The notes below the pieces were generated by a model. It saw nothing but the letters and a program-made list of their open reading frames with translations, was not told the origin of the DNA and ran no database searches. Positions 52,303 to 53,316 of a stretch of 53,316 nucleotides of DNA are shown here, one piece after another; the stretch's first letter is position 1; the number at the start of each line of letters is the position of its first letter. The DNA comes from a virus. Position numbers and translations under genes: made by a program. The DNA lies in the IMG/VR virus record IMGVR_UViG_3300032007_000120; one strand, written 5' to 3'.

Positions 52303-52865
52303 TCATGGAAATAAAAATCGAAAGAGTAACAAGTTGGCAGCGAGTCGTCGACGCTGCAAGGTTCACGGAGCGCAAGGACGCTCTCGGACACGAACCATCA
52401 GACCAGTTCAAGCGTCATATCCTGCGCTCCGAACACTCTCCTATCCGTCTACTGGAGTACGACATCAAGATCTACGACATTCCGTACTTCTCCGCTATGC
52501 ACTTCGTCAGACATTTCATGGGAATCGAGAAGTTCGTATCTACGCAGCGTCCAGACCGCACGCATTCTGGAAAGACGCGTCATGAACTACCGCAGGACGC
52601 TCCAGTCAACGTCTGGCTCTCCTGCAACGCGCAGGCTCTGATCAACATCTCACGCGTAAGGATCTGCAACAAGGCGGACGCGACAACTCGGAATTTCTGG
52701 TTGGAAGTCGTCGAAAAGATCAGCGAGATAGATCCTATCCTATATGAATTTCTCGTACCTTCCTGCGTCGCGAAGGGCTTTTGCCCAGAGATCCAACCAT
52801 GCGGTTACACAGACACGCAAGGCTACAAGCAATTACGGTATGATTATGTAGAAGGCGCGAAATGA
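52299..52865 (+). CDS. ThyX-like flavin-dependent thymidylate synthase (variant motif)
   Basis: 188 aa. SAMHFVRHFMGIEKFVS fits the ThyX pattern SxMxxxRHRx7S, except that the second Arg is Phe. Confidence 0.5.
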   Translation: MIMEIKIERVTSWQRVVDAARFTERKDALGHEPSDQFKRHILRSEHSPIRLLEYDIKIYDIPYFSAMHFVRHFMGIEKFVSTQRPDRTHSGKTRHELPQDAPVNVWLSCNAQALINISRVRICNKADATTRNFWLEVVEKISEIDPILYEFLVPSCVAKGFCPEIQPCGYTDTQGYKQLRYDYVEGAK

Positions 52866-53316
52866 GTTGGGAGTTATACATTCCGCCAGCCGTCAAGCAG
52901 AAGCGCACAAGTGTACGGATTACGCAAGAGCAGCGTCAGTTCATCATCGACCATATCAATGACAGACCGCGGAGAAAGATAATAGAGCAGGCGCAGGTCA
53001 GTCTTGCTACGTTCTACCAGATCGTGAAGGAGAATGGCGGACAGATAGACCACTCGCTCTCGACGCGCAACAGAGATCTGGAGAAGTTCATCATCGAGAA
53101 CTTCTCGCGAATGTCTACGACGGAGATCATGCAGCATACTGGCGCGCTCCGCTCGCGTATCAATCGCATCGCGAAGGAACACCATCTCAAGCATGACGCG
53201 GACGTGGAGAAGCGGTTAAGAGACGAGAATCGCAGACATCTGGACGAGATTCGGAAGAAATGCGACCACAGAAAATGCGGAGAAAGTCTGAAAAGGATCA
53301 TGAAGATCGAGGAACT
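52862..53316 (+). CDS. Putative DNA-binding/regulatory protein, N-terminal part (continues at 128..344 after circularisation)
   Basis: The ATG at 52862 overlaps the previous stop (ATGA), and the ORF stays open to the window end. HTH-like segments: RRKIIEQAQVSLATFYQIV and STTEIMQHTGALRSRINRIAK. Confidence 0.6.
   Translation, partial: MSWELYIPPAVKQKRTSVRITQEQRQFIIDHINDRPRRKIIEQAQVSLATFYQIVKENGGQIDHSLSTRNRDLEKFIIENFSRMSTTEIMQHTGALRSRINRIAKEHHLKHDADVEKRLRDENRRHLDEIRKKCDHRKCGESLKRIMKIEE
53190..53316. repeat. Terminal overlap copy B (identical to 1-127)
   Basis: Read directly. Confidence 0.9.

Larger units (their letters stand above)
1..53316. mobile_element. Complete temperate tailed-phage genome (siphovirus-like), circularly closed; unit length 53,189 bp
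   Basis: Full set of phage modules is present: terminase, portal, capsid, tape measure, lysis, integrase and CI-like repressor. Identical 127-bp ends, and one ORF reads in frame across the junction. Bacteroidota-type TAnnTTTG promoter boxes. Confidence 0.85.

Noticed and set aside
1-53316. RT plus retropepsin-like protease plus integrase plus identical terminal repeats, which superficially resembles an LTR retroelement.
   Set aside because: The RT has a cognate TR/VR pair and DGR motifs. The integrase is a tyrosine recombinase, not DDE. The three genes are separated by phage tail and lysis genes. The 127-bp repeat is best explained as circular-assembly overlap.
1-53316. tRNA, rRNA or CRISPR arrays.
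   Set aside because: Scanning by eye, I found no T-arm-like GGTTCGAATCC-type boxes, no cloverleaf-sized GC-rich islands and no spaced repeat arrays. A tRNAscan/Infernal run is still advisable.
1-53316. Apparent over-representation of GATC tetranucleotides, as a possible Dam-related signal.
   Set aside because: I could not count it reliably by eye. It is probably a by-product of frequent GAT-C/A-TC-G and AAG-ATC codon junctions, and it needs an observed/expected computation before any claim.

Overview
The window is a complete, circularly closed genome of a temperate, siphovirus-like dsDNA phage. Bases 1-127 are identical to 53190-53316, so the unit length is 53,189 bp. The host is probably a Bacteroidota member, judged from TAnnTTTG -7 promoter boxes, the absence of Shine-Dalgarno sequences, a Bacteroides-type tyrosine integrase, and CI-type HTH proteins carrying the WLLxGxGxM motif. 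No homology search was possible, so all product calls rest on motifs I could read, gene order and gene size.

Gene layout:
- Early and replication genes (41.2-53.3 kb, wrapping to about 3.4 kb): Xis-like HTH, Rad50/SbcC-like ATPase, RecT, MBL-fold nuclease, replication organiser with an internal iteron array, dUTPase, MazG-like protein, ThyX-like protein, SSB, ParB-like protein and RusA.
- Packaging and head genes (3.4-10.8 kb and 14.7-17.1 kb): TerS, TerL, portal, a 1240-aa MuF/papain-like/ADP-ribosyltransferase fusion, scaffold and major capsid.
- A leftward accessory island of 13 small ORFs (10.9-14.6 kb) that splits the head module.
- Tail genes (17.1-35.8 kb): a gpG/gpGT -1 frameshift, a 1485-aa tape measure and tail fibres.
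- Lysis cassette (36.2-37.9 kb): holin, GH108-like endolysin and a unimolecular spanin.
- Lysogeny module (38.3-41.1 kb): integrase, an HTH regulator, a lipoprotein and a CI/S24 repressor.

The outstanding system is a diversity-generating retroelement (DGR) embedded in the tail-fibre module:
- The 114-bp variable repeat (31454-31567) lies at the 3' end of CDS 30327..31607. It differs from the template repeat (31715-31828) at 18 positions.
- Every one of those 18 positions is a template adenine.
- An unusually long (507 aa) DGR-type reverse transcriptase follows. It has an HCDD catalytic box and no recognisable Avd partner.

Other signals worth a second look:
- A 25-bp palindromic operator duplicated in the two leftward island promoters.
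- A GTGCTTAnTAAGCAC palindrome upstream of three rightward promoters.
- Two promoter-plus-terminator units without ORFs flanking int.
- A retropepsin-like aspartic protease between the tail fibre and the holin.
- A 30-bp duplication with 10-bp-phased GGACA repeats just after the repressor gene.
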